Assembly: GCA_965261945.1 (NCBI GenBank)
Contig: CBDHEF010000002.1
Span: 1,999,327-2,063,326 of the forward strand
Reading direction: 5' to 3'
DNA length: 64,000 nt
From: Dehalococcoidia bacterium
GTDB taxonomy: Bacteria; Chloroflexota; Dehalococcoidia; Lucifugimonadales; UBA3495
The notes under the pieces were generated by a model. It was not told the origin of the DNA. It searched no databases and saw only the letters and a program-made list of their open reading frames with translations. Below, in pieces: positions 61,465-64,000 of the stretch (the stretch's first letter is position 1; each line of letters opens with the position of its first letter). The translations under genes and the position numbers were made by a program.

Positions 61465-62349
61465 CTAGGACTCCGGCGCCCATCGGTGGGGGGCGGAGGC
61501 GAGGCGCCCAAAGCCAAGTTCCTCGCACAGAGCTTCGTATTCGCCCCGGCGCACTCCGTCCCAGCAGACATCAGTGGTGGCAGCGCTGATGGGAACGTCG
61601 CATCGGAGGGTGGCCAGGTCTCGGTAGAGTAGGGCGTTGTCGTACTCTTGGGCCAAAATCCCTTGTAGAGCGGCCATTCCCCGCACCGAAGCGTCCCACG
61701 GGATGTCTCTGGGAATGTCTTCGAGATGGCCGTAGCGCGACAGCACGGCGGCGGAAGACTTGGCGCCCCAGCGGGGCAGGCCCGGGATTCCGTCGGCGGT
61801 GTCGCCGGTCAGCGCCAGCAGGTCGGGGATGGAATGCGGGGGAACGCCGAATTTGGCGGATATTCCCGCCGTGTCGATGATTTCGCTCCGGCGGCGGTCG
61901 AGGCACACTATGCGCTCGCCCTCAACGAGTTGGCCCAGATCCTTGTCCGGAGAGCAGATGATGATGCGCTCAACGGCGGGGTCGCCGCGGAGTTGAGCTG
62001 TCGCCGTGGCGATGGCGTCGTCGGCCTCGAACTCCACCATGGGCCAGACGCAGACGCCCAGGGCGGCCACCACCCTCTCCGCCAGCGCGAACTGCGCCAA
62101 CAGGTCGGGGGGCGTTCCCTCACCGGTCTTGTAGCCGGGGAACAGGTCATTGCGGAAGGAGGGTATGACGCTATCGAACGCGCAGCCGATGTGCGTCACC
62201 TCACTTTTCCGCAGCAGGCTGATCAGGCTTTGCGCCAGGCCCCGAACCGCGCCCACCGGCTGCCCGCCGGGGGATTCCAGCTTGGGCAGCGCGAAGTAGG
62301 CGCGGAAGAGCTCGTAGGTGCCGTCAACCAGGTAGACTTCCAATCGCAT
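61465..62349 (-). CDS. 5'-3' exonuclease / flap endonuclease (Pol I N-terminal-domain-like)
   Basis: MRLEVYLVDGTYELFRAYFA...FPGYKTGEGTPPDL...EFEADDAIATA...SPDKDLGQLV...LTGDTADGIPGLPRWGAKSSAAVL. Confidence 0.85.
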   Translation of the reverse strand: MRLEVYLVDGTYELFRAYFALPKLESPGGQPVGAVRGLAQSLISLLRKSEVTHIGCAFDSVIPSFRNDLFPGYKTGEGTPPDLLAQFALAERVVAALGVCVWPMVEFEADDAIATATAQLRGDPAVERIIICSPDKDLGQLVEGERIVCLDRRRSEIIDTAGISAKFGVPPHSIPDLLALTGDTADGIPGLPRWGAKSSAAVLSRYGHLEDIPRDIPWDASVRGMAALQGILAQEYDNALLYRDLATLRCDVPISAATTDVCWDGVRRGEYEALCEELGFGRLASAPHRWAPES

Positions 62350-62421
62350 TCCTCTTTGTGGACGGTTCACCGGCGAATGTGCCGGGGCGCACAGCCGTGC
62401 GCCCCGTGATTATCGAGCAGG

Positions 62422-64000
62422 TCACTCGATGAAGTATACGAAGCGGAACCGGGGTATTACCAGCGGCGAGAGCAGCCACCCCTTGATGTAGGGCTTGATG
62501 AGGTAATGGTCGCCCTTGGAGTGATACAGCGGGGCCCAGGGAGCGCCGTCCAGAATCATTTGCTCGGCCTCCCGATAGAGAGCGAAGCGGGCATCCTGGT
62601 CCTGTTCCACGCGGGCGCGCTCCAGTATCACATCCAGTTCTGGGTCGCTGTAGTGGGTGTGGTTGTTATCGCTTCCGGTGTGGAAAAGCGCGTCCAGGAA
62701 GTTTTCCGGGTCCGGGTAGTCTGCAATCCAGCTCAGTCCGCCGAAAATCTGGAAGCGCCTCTCGCGAAGGTCTTCGAGGTAGGTTGCCCACTCGGTTTGC
62801 AGCAGGTCGATCTGGATGCCCAACTGCTCTTTCCAAGTTGCGATGATGACTTCCATGATCGGGTCAACGGCCGAGCCAAAGGAGCCGGGCAGGGTCATGG
62901 TGATGTCCGGATAGTTGGCGGTGTCGCTGCCGTACTTGGACTCCGCCAACAGTTGGCGCGCCTTTTCCGGGTCGTACTTATACCCCAACAGGGCGGGGTT
63001 GTAGCCGGGAAAGCCGGGCGGGAGTATCCCCCTGGCCGGCACCACCGCGTCTTCCAGCAGCGCCTCTGTCAGGGTTTCCCGGTCGATAGTATAGTTGAGC
63101 GCCAGGCGGACGTTTACGTCGTCAAAGGGCGGCTCGTTGGCGTTCATCCCAATGTATGCCACGTCGAACTCGGGCGGCCCTTGGTGGAACTGGTCATTCA
63201 GCGGGTTGGTTGGGTCTTGGAACATCTCCAGCGCGGATATTCCGACAGCTCCGGCGTGAAGTTCGTCGTTCTCGTACATCAGCAGGCCATCGCCGCCCGC
63301 CAGGTTGAATTCAACGGCGTCCAGCATGGCCGGGCCGAGATGGTAGCCGTCGAAACGCTCCAGGCGCATCAGTACGCCGGGGTCGTATTCGGTCAGCATG
63401 AAGGGACCGGTGCCGTTGGGCGCCTTCACCCAGTCCCGCCCCGTTTCCACGTTGGCGCGGTCAACTACGAAGGATGTGGGGTAAGTCAACTTGGACAGGA
63501 AGTAGGCCTTGGGCGCGTCGATGTCAATTCGCAGCGTCTTCTCGTCGATCACGCTGATGCCGGAAATCGAGTCTGCTTCGCCGTTCAGCTTGGCCTCGAC
63601 CCCCACTATATCGCCGAGGAAGGTGTCCACTGCGGGGGCCTCGGTGGCCGGGTCGGAGGCGCGCTCCAGAGACCATTCCAAGTCGGTGGCGGTGACTTTG
63701 CGGCCGTCGTGGAACGTAACGGAGGGATTCAGGCGGAAGGTGTAGCCCATGCCGTCGGCGTCAAGCTCCCACTCCTGTGCTATGTCGGGCACGATGGCGA
63801 GGTCGGGGTCGATGGTGAGTAGCCCGCCAAAAACCTCAAGTATGTAGCGAGAAGATGTGGCGTCGCCGGTTTGGTGAGGGTCCAGAGTGGGCGGGTCGCT
63901 GCCCAGCAACTTGAGTACGCCGCCTTCGACGGGGGTTCCCTTGAGTTCCCTCTCTCCGGAAGAAGCCGTGCCGCCGCGCGGCTCTCCCGTGGGCTCCGGC
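62422..64000 (-). CDS. ABC transporter substrate-binding protein, family 5 (peptide/nickel type); the 5' end lies beyond the window
   Basis: GSDPPTLDPHQTGDATSSRYILEVFGGLLTIDPDLAIVPDIAQEWELDADGMGYTFRLNPSVTFHDGRKVTATD. The reading frame stays open upstream of the tracked start (63909) to the window edge. Confidence 0.85.
   Translation of the reverse strand, partial: PEPTGEPRGGTASSGERELKGTPVEGGVLKLLGSDPPTLDPHQTGDATSSRYILEVFGGLLTIDPDLAIVPDIAQEWELDADGMGYTFRLNPSVTFHDGRKVTATDLEWSLERASDPATEAPAVDTFLGDIVGVEAKLNGEADSISGISVIDEKTLRIDIDAPKAYFLSKLTYPTSFVVDRANVETGRDWVKAPNGTGPFMLTEYDPGVLMRLERFDGYHLGPAMLDAVEFNLAGGDGLLMYENDELHAGAVGISALEMFQDPTNPLNDQFHQGPPEFDVAYIGMNANEPPFDDVNVRLALNYTIDRETLTEALLEDAVVPARGILPPGFPGYNPALLGYKYDPEKARQLLAESKYGSDTANYPDITMTLPGSFGSAVDPIMEVIIATWKEQLGIQIDLLQTEWATYLEDLRERRFQIFGGLSWIADYPDPENFLDALFHTGSDNNHTHYSDPELDVILERARVEQDQDARFALYREAEQMILDGAPWAPLYHSKGDHYLIKPYIKGWLLSPLVIPRFRFVYFIE

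Noticed and set aside
62506-63822. 438-aa + strand ORF
   Set aside because: Antisense to the family-5 substrate-binding protein gene. Val/Gly/Arg-rich shadow.

Overview
High-GC (about 60-65% by eye) bacterial chromosomal window. It is densely coding, with about 60 credible protein genes and one tRNA-Gly(GCC). I saw no rRNA and no CRISPR array. Housekeeping genes include ctaA-ctaB, folD-queA, tag, a Fur-family regulator and a 5'-3' exonuclease. They sit among many paralogous catabolic enzymes: 2 luciferase-like monooxygenases, 4 SDRs, a Zn-ADH, a GMC oxidoreductase, a CaiB-type CoA-transferase, a bicupin dioxygenase, a TPP enzyme, a CMD protein, a CocE/NonD hydrolase, a cyclase, a flavin-halogenase-like enzyme and cyanase. 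This profile and the repeat content suggest a marine Chloroflexota (SAR202-like) genome, but that is inference only. Lower-GC accessory patches are: (1) an IS1595-family element with 28-bp inverted repeats and three passenger ORFs (10137-12364); (2) an M-R-Vsr restriction-modification operon with a convergent NYN-domain gene (50892-53815); (3) a small toxin-like gene overlapping a tandem-DUF2283 gene (54776-55656); (4) an orphan 373-aa gene (39315-40436); (5) a secreted protein / lipoprotein patch (32323-34094). The window holds at least three families of small palindromic REP/MITE-like repeats. One copy has interrupted an S1 serine-protease gene, leaving a CTAG target duplication. Several pseudogenes and many short two-copy tandem duplications are present. 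The most interesting single signal is an in-frame TGA at the first Cys of a glutaredoxin CxxC motif in a Grx-DinB fusion gene (48393-49160), followed by a hairpin where a bacterial SECIS would lie. This is a candidate UxxC selenoprotein, or alternatively a very recent nonsense mutation. Most long ORFs in the track that lie opposite these genes are GC-driven shadow ORFs. All family assignments come from reading the translations, since no searches could be run.
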